A stretch of 64,000 nucleotides of DNA from an uncultured Spirochaetota bacterium (lineage in GTDB: Bacteria > Spirochaetota > Brevinematia > Brevinematales > JAOACQ01): the NCBI GenBank assembly GCA_963783575.1, contig CAWAOD010000003.1:276644-340643 (forward strand), read 5' to 3'. The translations under genes and the position numbers were made by a program. The notes beneath the pieces are model-generated. The model had not been told where the DNA came from. It did no database searches and saw nothing but the letters and a program-made list of their open reading frames with translations. Of the stretch, positions 30,777 through 42,587 are shown piece by piece. How positions within the stretch are numbered: position 1 is the stretch's first letter; each line of letters starts with the position of its first letter.

Positions 30777-31965
30777 ATGACTAAATTTATTAACCTCATT
30801 ATTTTTTGTACTTTGTATATTTTATTCTTGATATCAGCCTGTTCACTCGGAAATGGAGGATCGTCTTCCAGTTCCCAAACAAATACCGGCGCCACAACTT
30901 CAAGCAGTTCGAACAGTGGAAGCCCTCACTGGCAAATTGTCGGAACAGCTGGCTTTACAGCAGGCCAGGCGAATTATGTTTCAATGGCGATAGATGGCAA
31001 TGGCAAACCATATGTCGCTTATGTGGATGTTGCCAATGCTTCCAATGCCATGGTAAAATATTTTGACGGATCGGCATGGACAACCGCAGGCGGTGGTGCA
31101 CTTTCCACAGCGGGATCAAGATTTACATGCATCGCTATTGATAAAAACAATGTACCCTATGTCGCTTACCAGGATTGGGCCAATAATTACAGAATTACGG
31201 TTAAAAAACTCGGCAGCTCCACCTGGAGTGTTGTCGGTAGTCCGGGTATAACTACGGGAACAGGCGGAACAGCCATAGATATTTCAATAGCTATTGATAC
31301 CAGCGGAACTCCATACATCTCATTTTCCGATAATGCTCAAAACGGTAATGCGACTGTGATGAAGTTTAACACTTCTTCCTGGGCAGTAGTCGGTACCGCA
31401 GGATTTCTTTGGGCCCGTCAGTTATACTTCAATCGCAATTGATAAATCCGGAACGCCCTATGTAATCTTCAAGGATTGGTATAACAACATCCAGAAAGCC
31501 ACAGCCATGAAATACGGCGGGTCTAACTGGTCTCCGGTAGGAAGTACGGGTTTTTCAACGGGATATATTTATAATACCTCAATAGCAATAGACGGAAATG
31601 GAATTACATATGTTATTTATAAGGACAATAATATGACCAATAAGGCTACGGTTAAGGAATACAACGGGACAAACTGGGTTACAGCAGGTTATGAAGGCTT
31701 TTCGGTTTCTGAAATATTAACTCCGGATATTGCAATTGACGGCAATAATATCCCATATGTGGTCTATAGTGACGGCGGTATAAGCGGAAAAGCTGAGGTT
31801 AAAAAGCTCAGCGGCAATACATGGGTAACTGTTGGGACTGACGGATTTTCATCTGGAGATGTTAATTATACATCAATAGCAATAGATGTTAACGGAACAC
31901 CCTATGTGGCGTTTATGGACTATAATAACAGCAGTAAAGCCACGGTAATGAAATATGCTCAGTAA
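30777..31965 (+). CDS. Lipoprotein with ~49-aa beta-propeller repeats; frameshift near 31405
   Basis: ISAC lipobox; the repeat W..VG..GF......SIAID..G.PYV...D......ATV.K continues across the frame change into 31507..31965. Confidence 0.8.
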
Positions 31966-32356
31966 TCCTTCATTCTTTCAAATAATATTGATAATCTTTT
32001 ATTTTATTTTAAAATAACTACGATTAATCTGACATTATTTGGAGATAAGTTTCGCCTGTTGTAAAATCTTTTTATATTGCAACTGTTTTGTTAAGGAATA
32101 AACAGGTTCAGACTATTTTTACCTTATTTATTCCGGTGGGTAAAATCAATCAGTTAGATTCCGGCATTTTTCAATGATTCTGGAATTAAACCCACCACTT
32201 ACAATTTATCGCATAATATATTAATATAGCAAGCCATTCTTATTTTCTTTCCATTATGTTTTCCTTTTATCATGGAATGATAACACCGTGAAAATCTTGA
32301 CTTTTAAAAGTTTTACTTTATGCTATTAAAGTGGTTAATCTGAAAGGAGGAGCCTT

Positions 32357-33847
32357 ATGGCTAAAGATAAATTAAAAATTTTGATAGTCGCCAGTGAAGC
32401 TGTTCCTTTTGCAAAAGTCGGGGGGCTTGCGGATGTCGCCGGTGCTCTCGGGAAAGAACTCCATAACATAGGCCTGGATGTTACGATAGCGATGCCGAAA
32501 TATACTGTCGTATATGAATTTATTGAGAAAAATCACATCAAAATTCAGAAAAGCGTAGAGATTTACATAGCCCTGGAAAGCGGTGAAGTATCGGGAAAAA
32601 TTGAAGAAGTCCGGTACGATGGGGTAAGGTATTATTTTATCGATAATCCGTTTTATTTTAAAAGAGACGGTATATATACAGACAATGTAACCAAAAATGA
32701 TTATCGCGACAGCCTGGAAAGATTTACTTTTTTCTGTAAGGCTGTGCTTGAAGCGGCAAAAGTTCTCGATTTTAAGCCTGATATCATCCAGGCAAACGAT
32801 TGGCAATCCGGGCTTGTGCCGGTTTACTTAAAAACCATATATAAACTGGATTCATTCTTCAAATCAACAAGAAGTGTAATGTCCATACATAACCTTTCAT
32901 ATCAGGGAATTTTTCCGGTCGAACAATTCATGATTACAGGTCTTGACTGGAAACATTTTACGGTCAATGGATTGGAATATTACGGACACCTGAATTTACT
33001 TAAAGGCGGAGTTGTTTTCTCCGACGCCATTGTTACGGTGAGCGAAACATATGCCAAAGAAATCCAGACTCCAGAATATGGAAACGGGCTTGAAGGTATA
33101 ATGAAGGATAAGGCCTTACAGAAAAAACTTTTCGGTATTGTAAACGGGGTTGATTATAATGAATGGAACCCAAAAATTGACCGCTATTTAAAAGAAAAAT
33201 TCAGTAAAAATTATGATATTGGCAATCTTCATACAAAGAAGATAATAAAAGAGGAATTTTTAGAAAATTACGGTATTAAAAACCCGGATCCGGATATTCC
33301 TCTTATAGGGATGATTTCCCGCCTTGTTGACCAGAAAGGATTTGATCTTTTATTTGAAATCATCGACTATATTTTGAAGCAGGGTGTTTATTTTACAGTG
33401 CTCGGAATCGGAAAATACGATTATGAAAACAAACTGAAAGCGATTCGTGACAAATATCCCAATAAAGTTTTGGTTTTTATTGAATTTAACATACCGGTTT
33501 CGCATTATATTGAAGCGGCATCCGATATATTCGTTATGCCGTCAAGATTTGAACCATGCGGTTTGAATCAGCTTTATAGCATGAAGTATGGGACCATACC
33601 TGTTGTTAGAAATACAGGCGGTCTGGCAGATACAGTTAAAGACGGAAAATCGGGTTTTGTATTTACGGATTATAATCCCGAGGATTTCTTATCGGCAATT
33701 ACTAAGGCTATTAACCTTTATAAAAATTCCCCGGATAAATGGCAAAAATTGATCGAAAATGCCTTGAGTGAGGAATGGTCATGGGAAAGAGCGGCAAAAA
33801 AGTATATAGATATCTATAAAAGTTTGTTAAGCGATGTCGATGAGTAA
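32357..33847 (+). CDS. glgA: Glycogen synthase
   Basis: KVGGLADV, NDWQ, IHNL.YQG, RL..QKG, PSRFEPCGLNQL, TGGLAD. Confidence 0.97.
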   Translation: MAKDKLKILIVASEAVPFAKVGGLADVAGALGKELHNIGLDVTIAMPKYTVVYEFIEKNHIKIQKSVEIYIALESGEVSGKIEEVRYDGVRYYFIDNPFYFKRDGIYTDNVTKNDYRDSLERFTFFCKAVLEAAKVLDFKPDIIQANDWQSGLVPVYLKTIYKLDSFFKSTRSVMSIHNLSYQGIFPVEQFMITGLDWKHFTVNGLEYYGHLNLLKGGVVFSDAIVTVSETYAKEIQTPEYGNGLEGIMKDKALQKKLFGIVNGVDYNEWNPKIDRYLKEKFSKNYDIGNLHTKKIIKEEFLENYGIKNPDPDIPLIGMISRLVDQKGFDLLFEIIDYILKQGVYFTVLGIGKYDYENKLKAIRDKYPNKVLVFIEFNIPVSHYIEAASDIFVMPSRFEPCGLNQLYSMKYGTIPVVRNTGGLADTVKDGKSGFVFTDYNPEDFLSAITKAINLYKNSPDKWQKLIENALSEEWSWERAAKKYIDIYKSLLSDVDE

Positions 33848-33871
33848 TCGAATTTGATTACGGAGCTGAAA

Positions 33872-34081
33872 ATGGCTTTATCATATGAAGATAAAAAACT
33901 TCTGATAAATGGATTGAATGGTATTTTATCTCAGGTTCCTTCCTTTTTAAAAGGCACAATAAACTCAAAGTTGATTTCAGGATATATACAGGCAATTCCT
34001 AATAATTTCAGGAATTATTCATTACAGGAATTAATTGACGCAATTGAGGAAGGAAATAGAAATAACAGTTTTAACTGGTAA
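33872..34081 (+). CDS. Small hypothetical protein
   Basis: GGAG RBS and ATG at 33872; follows glgA. Confidence 0.55.
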   Translation: MALSYEDKKLLINGLNGILSQVPSFLKGTINSKLISGYIQAIPNNFRNYSLQELIDAIEEGNRNNSFNW

Positions 34082-34203
34082 CGCAATAAAGACCGGTCCG
34101 GTCAAAAAATAAGGCTAAAGCAGTTTTTTTTGTAATAATTAGATTTTTTGTTTAATAATTATTAATATATTAGATAACGATATTTGTGAAGGAGGTTATT
34201 TTT

Positions 34204-35811
34204 ATGAAAAAATTGACGGTAATTTTAAGCTGCATTTTATTATTTGGTTTTTTATCATCCTGCGGCCCTGCCGTACCGAAAAAAGAAATGGAGGATGCAA
34301 AAACATCCATTGAAAGGGCAAAAAACGTGGACGCGCCTATTTATGCACAGCAGGTTTTTAATGATGCTCAAAAAGATTATGATGATGCTTCAAATTACAT
34401 AATAGCAAAGAAAAATAAGGAAGCAACGGAAAAAGCCGTTTCTTCTAAGGATAAAGCTGACAGTTCATATGAAACGGCAAGAGAATCAAGAGCCAATGGC
34501 ATATATCAAAAATGCTCGGTTTTAATGGATTCAGCGGTAAAAAATCTTGCCGATAAAATATATCCGGATAAATATAACGATATAAAAACAAATCTGGATG
34601 GTATAAAAAGTTCGATCGATGCAAAAGACTTTGATCCGGCATATTCTAACGGTATCAGCCTGCAGCCCAGGATTCAGCAGCTTATTGACGACTCTGCGGC
34701 ACAGATGGAAAAAGCCAGAAATGCTATTGCTCAGGCTCAGGATAAATATGACTCGGCTGAAAATAATGATCTTATAAAAGAATACGCACTTGCGGATTTG
34801 AAAAAGGCTGTTCCTGTAATGGATGAAGCCAAAAAAGCTAGCGATGAAGGAAATATTGACAGTGCAATAACCAATTCAGCCGAAGCTATAACAATCATCG
34901 ACGGCGCAATCAGTAACGCTAATGACAGGTATCAGAAATACCTTGACCAGAAAAAAGCTGATGAAGAAGCGGCAGCCCTTGAAAAACAAAAAGAGATAGA
35001 CGCACAAAAGCAAAAAGCCGAACAATATATCGATGAGGCCAAGAAAAAATTAGAGGAATTGAAATCGAGGAAAAAAACCGGCTTACTTGAAATCCATCTA
35101 AAGAATTTTACTTTTTTAAAACCGGGTTTTATTCTTATTTCACAGGAAGTTACCAATGATACAAATGCGGAAAACACAAATATTAATTCTGAAGAAACAA
35201 ATCTTCCCCCACTAGAGGTGAAATTTTCAAATACGGATGATCAAAGTTTAACCGATAAAAATGAAGCTCCTGAAACAAATATCAGTCCTGATGTCGAGCC
35301 TTCCGCCTCCCAGCCCGAATCGCAGACAAATACGAATGTGAACTATACCGTTGAGACCGTGGAGCAATATATCAATATGGCTGAAGACTCCTACCGGAAT
35401 GAAGAATACCTTGATGCGATAGACTTTGCAAGGGAAGCGATCAGGATTGCCGATATTTTAATAGCCATGCAGGAGGAAGAAGAAGCAAAAGCCCTGGCTC
35501 TGGCTCAGTCAAATACCAACATTGCAGAAACCAATGCCGCAGAGACCAATGCTGTGGAAACCAATATTATTCAGCCTTCAGCCCCAACAAACGTTCAGCC
35601 TCCGGAAGAAGAGTTTAAAATATATGTCGTTAAACTGAACAAACAAAACCGTGATTGTTTATGGAAAATTTCGGGTTATATGTACAATAAAAGATACTGG
35701 CTCTGGCCGGTTATATGGCGTGCCAATAAATACCAGATTAAAGATCCGGATCTGATATATCCAGGGCAGGAATTGAAAATCCCGACTGCCCCAATGAAAA
35801 GTAAAAAATAA
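34204..35811 (+). CDS. Helical lipoprotein with C-terminal LysM-type peptidoglycan-binding domain
   Basis: LSSC lipobox, DUF4398-like start, coiled-coil, DCLWKIS...WP.IW.AN..I.DPDLIYPGQ.L.IP. Confidence 0.88.
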   Translation: MKKLTVILSCILLFGFLSSCGPAVPKKEMEDAKTSIERAKNVDAPIYAQQVFNDAQKDYDDASNYIIAKKNKEATEKAVSSKDKADSSYETARESRANGIYQKCSVLMDSAVKNLADKIYPDKYNDIKTNLDGIKSSIDAKDFDPAYSNGISLQPRIQQLIDDSAAQMEKARNAIAQAQDKYDSAENNDLIKEYALADLKKAVPVMDEAKKASDEGNIDSAITNSAEAITIIDGAISNANDRYQKYLDQKKADEEAAALEKQKEIDAQKQKAEQYIDEAKKKLEELKSRKKTGLLEIHLKNFTFLKPGFILISQEVTNDTNAENTNINSEETNLPPLEVKFSNTDDQSLTDKNEAPETNISPDVEPSASQPESQTNTNVNYTVETVEQYINMAEDSYRNEEYLDAIDFAREAIRIADILIAMQEEEEAKALALAQSNTNIAETNAAETNAVETNIIQPSAPTNVQPPEEEFKIYVVKLNKQNRDCLWKISGYMYNKRYWLWPVIWRANKYQIKDPDLIYPGQELKIPTAPMKSKK

Positions 35812-35823
35812 CAAATAAATCCG

Positions 35824-35852
35824 CGGCGGTAAGAAATTACCGCCGTTTTTTT
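35824..35852 (+). terminator. Intrinsic terminator
   Basis: CGGCGGTAA-GAAA-TTACCGCCG followed by a T tract. Confidence 0.9.
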
Positions 35853-35878
35853 ATTATCCCCGCTTAATTTATCGGGAG

Positions 35879-36961
35879 TTGAAAATGAGGCTTGATATTT
35901 TGAAAATCATTAATTTCAGAAATTACTCAAATTTTGAATTAGGAAATTTCGGCGATGTTAACCTATTGACCGGGGAAAATGGAAGTGGAAAAACAAATTT
36001 TTTGGAGTCAATCCAGGTTCTTCTTAGCCTTCATCCAATCAGGAACGTAACATTAGCGGAACTTATCCGCTGGAATGAAAATTCCTTTTATATCAGCGGG
36101 ATTATAAATAATGATAAAATTGAAATAGGATTTTCCAGGGAGAAAAAGATTTTAAAATGGAATAACAACCCGATTAATGCAGGAGAATATATTTCCCGCT
36201 ATCCCGTCGTCAGCTTTTTACCCGAAGACATAGCCGTTGTAGCAGGTAATCCCGATGTAAGGCGCAATTTCTTTGATGGGATTTTATCGGCAGTCAACCC
36301 CGATTATAAAACTTCATTGCAGAATTACCAGAAAACCTTAAAAGAAAGAAACGCGCAGATCAGGTTAAATCAAAAAGAAGTATCAATATGGAACCATGAA
36401 CTTATTCACTATGGAAGTAATTTGATGGAAAAACGCCTTGATTTTGTGCATTATTTGAATACCCGGATAAAAAAAATATATTTTGATTTCTACGGACAGG
36501 AACTGGAAATCAAATATTTGAATACTTTCAGGATAGAAAATACAATTACCGAATCATACAGAATGTCTCTGGAAAAAAGCTCTCCGGCAGAACTGGAAAA
36601 AGGATATACTTTAATCGGGCCGCACCGGGATAATTTTGAAATACTTAACCTGGATAAAAAGGCCAAAATATTTGCTTCACAGGGTCAGAGAAGAACGATC
36701 GCACTGGCATTTAAATTATGCGTAATAGAATTAATGGAAAAATACTTTCATGAAAAACCGATTCTGCTGCTGGATGATGTTTTGCTGGAACTTGATTCCT
36801 CTCGCCGGAATAAGATTTTTGACATGATTTTAACCGGGTATCAAATATTTTTAACTTCAACGGAAGCTAATCTGTATGATTCCGGCTCAAAAAAAGGCAA
36901 TAAATTATTCAGCCTTAAAATGTATAAAATCAATAATGGCGCAGTAGAATCAAACTCATAA
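35879..36961 (+). CDS. recF: DNA replication/repair protein RecF
   Basis: NFRNY, GENGSGKTN, GPHRD, ASQGQ.R, LLLDDV..ELD. Confidence 0.95.
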   Translation: MKMRLDILKIINFRNYSNFELGNFGDVNLLTGENGSGKTNFLESIQVLLSLHPIRNVTLAELIRWNENSFYISGIINNDKIEIGFSREKKILKWNNNPINAGEYISRYPVVSFLPEDIAVVAGNPDVRRNFFDGILSAVNPDYKTSLQNYQKTLKERNAQIRLNQKEVSIWNHELIHYGSNLMEKRLDFVHYLNTRIKKIYFDFYGQELEIKYLNTFRIENTITESYRMSLEKSSPAELEKGYTLIGPHRDNFEILNLDKKAKIFASQGQRRTIALAFKLCVIELMEKYFHEKPILLLDDVLLELDSSRRNKIFDMILTGYQIFLTSTEANLYDSGSKKGNKLFSLKMYKINNGAVESNS

Positions 36962-37076
36962 ATTATCACTTGCCTTAAAATAATACTTTATTTTTAATTT
37001 TTGGCAATTCTTGTTATAATAATAAATAGTATTTATCTAAACTGAACCGTTTAATCAAAATTAACAGGAGCGGATT

Positions 37077-38138
37077 ATGCTTCAAAAAGCCCTGGATCTG
37101 GTTAAAAATTACGAGGAGATCGGTAATAAGCTCTCACACATGCAGCCTACCGGTCCGGATTATATCAAACTCGCTAAAGACCGTGCCGAACTTCAGCCTA
37201 TTGTTGAGAAATATAATGAAATCGCCGGGCTTGAAAAAGAGATTGCCGATACAAAAGAAATTCTTGAAACCAATAATGATGAAGAAATGAAAAAAATGGC
37301 AAAGGATGAACTTGAACGGCTCAATGGAAAAATAACAGTCCTTGAAAGCGATATTCTTAAAATGCTACTTCCGAAGGATGAACTGGAATCCAAAAATATT
37401 ATCATTGAAATCAGGGCAGGTACCGGCGGGGATGAAGCAGCGATTTTTGCCGGCGATCTTTTCAGAATGTATACACGGTATGCCGAAATTAAAAAGTGGA
37501 AGTATGAAGTTCTTGATTTTAACGATACCGGGCTGGGCGGTTATAAAGAAGTCGTCTTTTCGGTCAAAGGAAAAGAAGTTTACAGACATTTTAAATTTGA
37601 AAGCGGCGTTCACAGGGTTCAGAGAATACCAGTAACGGAAGCCGGGGGACGGATACACACATCTACGGCATCAGTTGTTATACTTCCTGAAGCGGATGAG
37701 GTAGATATTCAAATTGATCCGAAAGATTTGAAGATCGATGTTTACCGCGCCAGCGGCGCCGGAGGTCAGTATATTAATAAAACCGACTCTGCAGTGCGAA
37801 TTACTCATATGCCATCTGGAATTGTTGTAGCCTGCCAGGAGGAACGTTCTCAAATACAGAACAGGGCAACGGCAATGCGCGTTCTCAGGGCCAAACTCCT
37901 CGATGTTGAACTGCAAAAAAAGGCTCAGAATGAAACTAACCTTCGAAGAAGCGCCATAAGGAGCGGTGACAGATCGGAAAAAATACGGACATACAATTTT
38001 CCTCAAAACAGGCTGACCGATCACAGGATTAATCTCACCCTTTATAAACTTGATTTTATAATGAACGGGGAGCTGGATGAAATGATTAATGCTTGTATAA
38101 TAAGCGAACAGGAAGAATTATTAAATTCACTGGGGTAA
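37077..38138 (+). CDS. prfA: Peptide chain release factor 1
   Basis: [39 protein letters not shown]. Confidence 0.97.
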   Translation: MLQKALDLVKNYEEIGNKLSHMQPTGPDYIKLAKDRAELQPIVEKYNEIAGLEKEIADTKEILETNNDEEMKKMAKDELERLNGKITVLESDILKMLLPKDELESKNIIIEIRAGTGGDEAAIFAGDLFRMYTRYAEIKKWKYEVLDFNDTGLGGYKEVVFSVKGKEVYRHFKFESGVHRVQRIPVTEAGGRIHTSTASVVILPEADEVDIQIDPKDLKIDVYRASGAGGQYINKTDSAVRITHMPSGIVVACQEERSQIQNRATAMRVLRAKLLDVELQKKAQNETNLRRSAIRSGDRSEKIRTYNFPQNRLTDHRINLTLYKLDFIMNGELDEMINACIISEQEELLNSLG

Positions 38139-38141
38139 TAA

Positions 38142-39470
38142 ATGGATATAGACCGGCAGACATTCCGGGATCTTGAAATTTTCAAGGTTGAAGGGGACAG
38201 CCCAAGCATATTTGAGCTTCTTAACCTGACAAGAACATTGGGCGGCGGAGAAAAACTAAGGCGTTTTTTTCTTAAACCCAGATCAAGCATAAAAGATATT
38301 CTGGAAATTCAGGAAACGCTTAAATATATAATAAATGTTGGGGATGATTTTGTTCTGCCGAACAATATTGAACCTCTTAAGGTTGAAGAATACCTTGAAT
38401 CAAATATTGTACCGATTGCTCACAGTAATCTTTTTCTCGGTTTTTTTGAAAGTGTCTGGACAAGATACAGATATCCGGAAATTTATCATCATCTTTTCCA
38501 GGGGTTGAAAATCCTGGGTGATTATTTAAGGGGAATTTTTACTTATTATAAAAAAAATAATAAAAATAATTTTCCGGTTTTACTGAAGGAAATATTCGAT
38601 CAACTTGATACCCTATTTAATAAATCTGAAATAATGCGCATTACGCAAAAATCAAATCCAAAGGAATTGACTCCAAGGCTTGTTTTTATCCTTGACCGGC
38701 TGGCGAGAACAAAAATTAAAAAAAACCTGGTAGCATTGGTGGAAACAATTTATCAGCTGGAATTATATGTCGGATTAACACTAGCATTTCGGAAATACAA
38801 CCTGGCATTCCCGAAATTTATAGAGTCTGAAAAACCTGTTGTTTCAATAAAAGACTTATATCATCTTTTTGTCAAAAATCCGGTTAAAAATGATTTTATT
38901 TTAGAAAACAGCGAAAACCTTATTTTCCTTACAGGCCCCAACATGGCTGGTAAAACCACTTTTATGAAAGCTGCCGGTGTGGCGGTTTATCTGGCTCATC
39001 TTGGAATGGGTGTACCGGCTTCCAGCATGGAACTGACGGTATTTAACTGCCTTTACAGCGGTATTAATACAATGGATGACATTAGAATGGGATATAGTTA
39101 TTATTATGGAGAAGTAATAAGAATAAGGGAGGCCGCTGAAATTCTCCGGAAGGAAAAGGCTTTAATACTTTTTGACGAATTATTCAAGGGAACAAATATT
39201 CTGGATGCAAGCGAAGCTACAAAGCGCGTTATTATTAGCTTCGCCAATTGTAAATCAAGCCTTTTTTTAATTTCTTCCCACCTGATTGAACTTGAAAAGG
39301 ATATCAAAAAGATAAAAAATATAGCATTTATGAGTTTTGAAGCTACAATGAACAGGAAAATTCCATTTTTTAACTACAGGTTAAAGAGGGGTGTTTCAAA
39401 ACAAAGGCTTGGCCTGCTGATTCTTGAAAATGAAAAGGTTTTTGAACTCCTGGACTGTCTAGGTGAGTAA
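38142..39470 (+). CDS. Short MutS-related ATPase (domain V type)
   Basis: LTGPNMAGKTT, SYYY.E, DELFKGTN, SSHL.EL; no mismatch-binding domain. Confidence 0.88.
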   Translation: MDIDRQTFRDLEIFKVEGDSPSIFELLNLTRTLGGGEKLRRFFLKPRSSIKDILEIQETLKYIINVGDDFVLPNNIEPLKVEEYLESNIVPIAHSNLFLGFFESVWTRYRYPEIYHHLFQGLKILGDYLRGIFTYYKKNNKNNFPVLLKEIFDQLDTLFNKSEIMRITQKSNPKELTPRLVFILDRLARTKIKKNLVALVETIYQLELYVGLTLAFRKYNLAFPKFIESEKPVVSIKDLYHLFVKNPVKNDFILENSENLIFLTGPNMAGKTTFMKAAGVAVYLAHLGMGVPASSMELTVFNCLYSGINTMDDIRMGYSYYYGEVIRIREAAEILRKEKALILFDELFKGTNILDASEATKRVIISFANCKSSLFLISSHLIELEKDIKKIKNIAFMSFEATMNRKIPFFNYRLKRGVSKQRLGLLILENEKVFELLDCLGE

Positions 39471-39477
39471 TTAAATT

Positions 39478-40368
39478 ATGTATTTAACTGTAGATAAAAT
39501 TTACAAATTTTCCTTAAAATTATTATCCTCTAAAGATATTCCTTCTCCCGAACTGGATGCCAGGGTTATAATTGCCCATCATTTAGGTATCAATCGCAAT
39601 GACTTGTTTCTTCATAAAACCGAAAAGATAAACCCCATCCTGATTATGCAAATTCTTATCTCGATCTTTAAGCGAAGAAGATTCATGCCTGTGGCCTATA
39701 TTCTGGGTTACAAGTACTTCTTTCAGGATAAATTTTTTGTATCAAAAAAAACATTGATCCCCCGGGCGGATTCGGAACATCTTCTTTACGCCGTTCAGGC
39801 TTATTACTGCAATGAATGTCAAAGCTATAAAAATAATGAAAAAAGCCGCTTTAAGGAACCAAAAAAAATTATCGACATCGGAACCGGAACAGGAGCTATT
39901 GCAGTTTCACTGGCCAGATTATTTCCGGAAGCATTAATCCAGGCAATCGACATTGATATTTCAACTTTAAGAAAAAATATTAAGCGGATCGGAATTAATA
40001 ATATAGAATTGATCAGGCTTGATTTCTTGAGGTACGATTTACAACGCAGACATGACCTTCTGTTTGCCGGTTTTGACCTTATCATTTCAAATCCGCCTTA
40101 TCTCTCAAAAATTGATCTGGAAAAGCTGGGAAATGACGCCAGGCTGTATGAACCCCAAAAAGCATTTTACGGAGGAGAGGATGGACTTAATTTTTACCGT
40201 AAAATTGCCGAATTTAGTATAGGAAAATTAAACCCGGATGGGCTGGTCGTCCTGGAGGTTGATTATAAATGGGAAAAAGTGAAAGACATTTTCAGCGCCA
40301 AGGGTTTTAAATATATTGAAATGTTTCGCGATTATAACGGCCTTGAAAGGGTTCTGACGATATATTGA
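39478..40368 (+). CDS. prmC: Release factor glutamine methyltransferase
   Basis: PVAYILG, LIPR.DSE, DIGTGTG, SNPPY, GG.DGL.FY. Confidence 0.93.
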   Translation: MYLTVDKIYKFSLKLLSSKDIPSPELDARVIIAHHLGINRNDLFLHKTEKINPILIMQILISIFKRRRFMPVAYILGYKYFFQDKFFVSKKTLIPRADSEHLLYAVQAYYCNECQSYKNNEKSRFKEPKKIIDIGTGTGAIAVSLARLFPEALIQAIDIDISTLRKNIKRIGINNIELIRLDFLRYDLQRRHDLLFAGFDLIISNPPYLSKIDLEKLGNDARLYEPQKAFYGGEDGLNFYRKIAEFSIGKLNPDGLVVLEVDYKWEKVKDIFSAKGFKYIEMFRDYNGLERVLTIY

Positions 40369-40430
40369 TTGTTTCTGAAGGCCTTATTATAATTACATTT
40401 TCAATTTAAGAAAATTTATTATAAGGGATT

Positions 40431-41379
40431 TTGAACATGAATCCGGATAAAATGAGGGAATTTGTTTTACAGCTTTTAAACAGCGGTTCATTGAAAGGGC
40501 TTAACATCTCCGATAAAGAGGAAAGTGTCATAACAATTCTGAACACAAAGGAAGAAAAGCTGAAATTAACCTTTACATCGCCTGATTATTATCCGGATAT
40601 GACCTGGGAAAATATAAAACTGGAAATAATGAGGCTCCTTGGAGAAGAAATTGCAAAATTATTAATGGCAAGAATTAAAAGCATTCTTTTCAATTCAATT
40701 AAAAAATTAACGGGTTTCCCCGAACCCGATACTTCTTACAGGGGAAAAATTCATGAACTAATCGGTAAACTGATTTCAAGACATCAATCCAGGAAATATT
40801 TATGGAAGGCTGATTGACTTCCTGGACAGCAATATAATGATGACCTTTCTGCATTCAGTTTATGAAAATAAAAAATTAATTTACAGGGGATTGAACCGGT
40901 TTGAAGGCATTGTTTTAAAATCACAGGAAGAAGCGATAGATTTTATTAATACATCTTTTATGATGATGCCTTTATACGAAATTACTTTGCCTAAAAAAGT
41001 TATAATGCCTCAGTATGGAACAAGCAATACCACCGTTTCACTAAAAGACCTTGAAAATGACGAGATACTTAGTAAAAATTTCATATTAAGGATCAACGAT
41101 ATAATCACAAAAGAGCTGCCTCAAATCTCGAAGGATTTGCTCGATGCTTTATCAAAAACCTTCTTCTCAGAAAGCCCGGAAGAGACTCCATTTCATTCCG
41201 AACTGCTTAAAATTATTTACCATATTGCCGTTGACTGGAGATGCATAAAAAAGGATAAAGGGGCGGAATCATTACTAATGAGCTGGTTGAACGTGGCGAG
41301 GGTAAATTTCAAATTTTACGGTTATAATTTCAACATCATTGATGAATTGTATAAAACAACAATTGAAGAGGATTTATGA
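40431..41379 (+). CDS. Hypothetical protein, probably one gene with a frameshift near 40795
   Basis: The frame of 40837..41379 is open upstream (YGRLIDFLDSNI) and overlaps the end of 40431..40817. Confidence 0.6.
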
Positions 41380-42242
41380 TGAAAAGATTATTAAAAATAG
41401 TCGACTATCTCCTTTTACTAATAATCGTATTATCCGTGTTTCAATTGATTTTGGACGATGTGGGTATAATCTATTTCGGCGGCAATAAAGATTTTCAGAA
41501 ATGGATGACATATTCAGCTTTCTTTTTTGATTTTATTTTCAGTGTAGAATTTATTGTCAGAACTGTACATGCCATTAGAAACAAAATTTTCAGGACCTAT
41601 TTCTTTACAAAGGGCGGATGGGTTGATTTTCTGGCCTCGCTGCCTTTGCTGCTGTTAAATTCAGGGCCATTATTGATATTTACACTCCTGGGCCGCACTG
41701 AAACCGGAGCCAGAAGCATTGCCAATATGCTGAAAATTATAAAAGCGATCAGGGTAACTAGAATTTTAAGAATTCTCCGTCTGTTAAAAATATTCGGCAG
41801 GATTGAGAATGTTTTTTCAAACATTGTTCAACATCATATCGCATCTATAACATCTATGGTTGTATTTATTTCAATATTAACGTTTATGGCCCTCCACATC
41901 AGCGGCTTTATTGTTTATGAAGATGTAATTATGGAAGCAAAGCTGTCTTTACTTTTAAGTTCGATTATGATTGCCGATATTTTCGTCATTACAATCTTTT
42001 ATTCCGCCCATATGGCTAAAAATATAAGCGATCCTATCTATGTTATGAAAAGGGGATTTAAGGAACTGGATTACAACTACCTGGTCAAAATAAATAAAGA
42101 TTACCAGGACGACGAGGTATTCGAACTTGCAAAATATTACAATACCATATGGCTCCCCATTAAAGCAAAGGTTATCGCCGCTAATAAAAAGAAATTAGAT
42201 AAGAAGGAAGCCGATAAGGATGATTACTCGGATTTATTGTGA
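41376..42242 (+). CDS. Membrane protein with an ion-transport/voltage-sensor-like domain and a HAMP-like C-terminus
   Basis: FD.IF..EF..R, GWVDFLAS.P, S4-like KIIKAIRVTRILRILRLLK; no pore signature. Confidence 0.7.
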   Translation: MMKRLLKIVDYLLLLIIVLSVFQLILDDVGIIYFGGNKDFQKWMTYSAFFFDFIFSVEFIVRTVHAIRNKIFRTYFFTKGGWVDFLASLPLLLLNSGPLLIFTLLGRTETGARSIANMLKIIKAIRVTRILRILRLLKIFGRIENVFSNIVQHHIASITSMVVFISILTFMALHISGFIVYEDVIMEAKLSLLLSSIMIADIFVITIFYSAHMAKNISDPIYVMKRGFKELDYNYLVKINKDYQDDEVFELAKYYNTIWLPIKAKVIAANKKKLDKKEADKDDYSDLL

Positions 42243-42254
42243 TTAAGAGGACTT

Positions 42255-42584
42255 ATGAAAATAGAAGGTGTGCCATTTACGGCTACAGATTGGAGTAAAA
42301 TAAATACTACAGGCATCCCCGGTGAGAGTGGAACTGCTTTTTCAAAAAGTTTTGAACAGGGCAATTTAAGGGTGAGACTGGTGGAGTATTCTGCCGATTA
42401 CAAAGCGGACCACTGGTGCAAAAAAGGTCATACCGTTTTTATACTGGATGGCGAATTTATTATAGAAATTGAGGATGGAAGAAAATTCGAATTTAAAAAG
42501 GGGATGAGCTTTCAGGTCGCTGATGATATTGATGCTCATAAGGCATACTCAAAAAACGGCGCGACAGTTTTTATTGTGGATTAA
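42255..42584 (+). CDS. DHCW-motif cupin protein
   Basis: RLVEYS..YKADHWC.KGH. Confidence 0.92.
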   Translation: MKIEGVPFTATDWSKINTTGIPGESGTAFSKSFEQGNLRVRLVEYSADYKADHWCKKGHTVFILDGEFIIEIEDGRKFEFKKGMSFQVADDIDAHKAYSKNGATVFIVD

Positions 42585-42587
42585 ATA

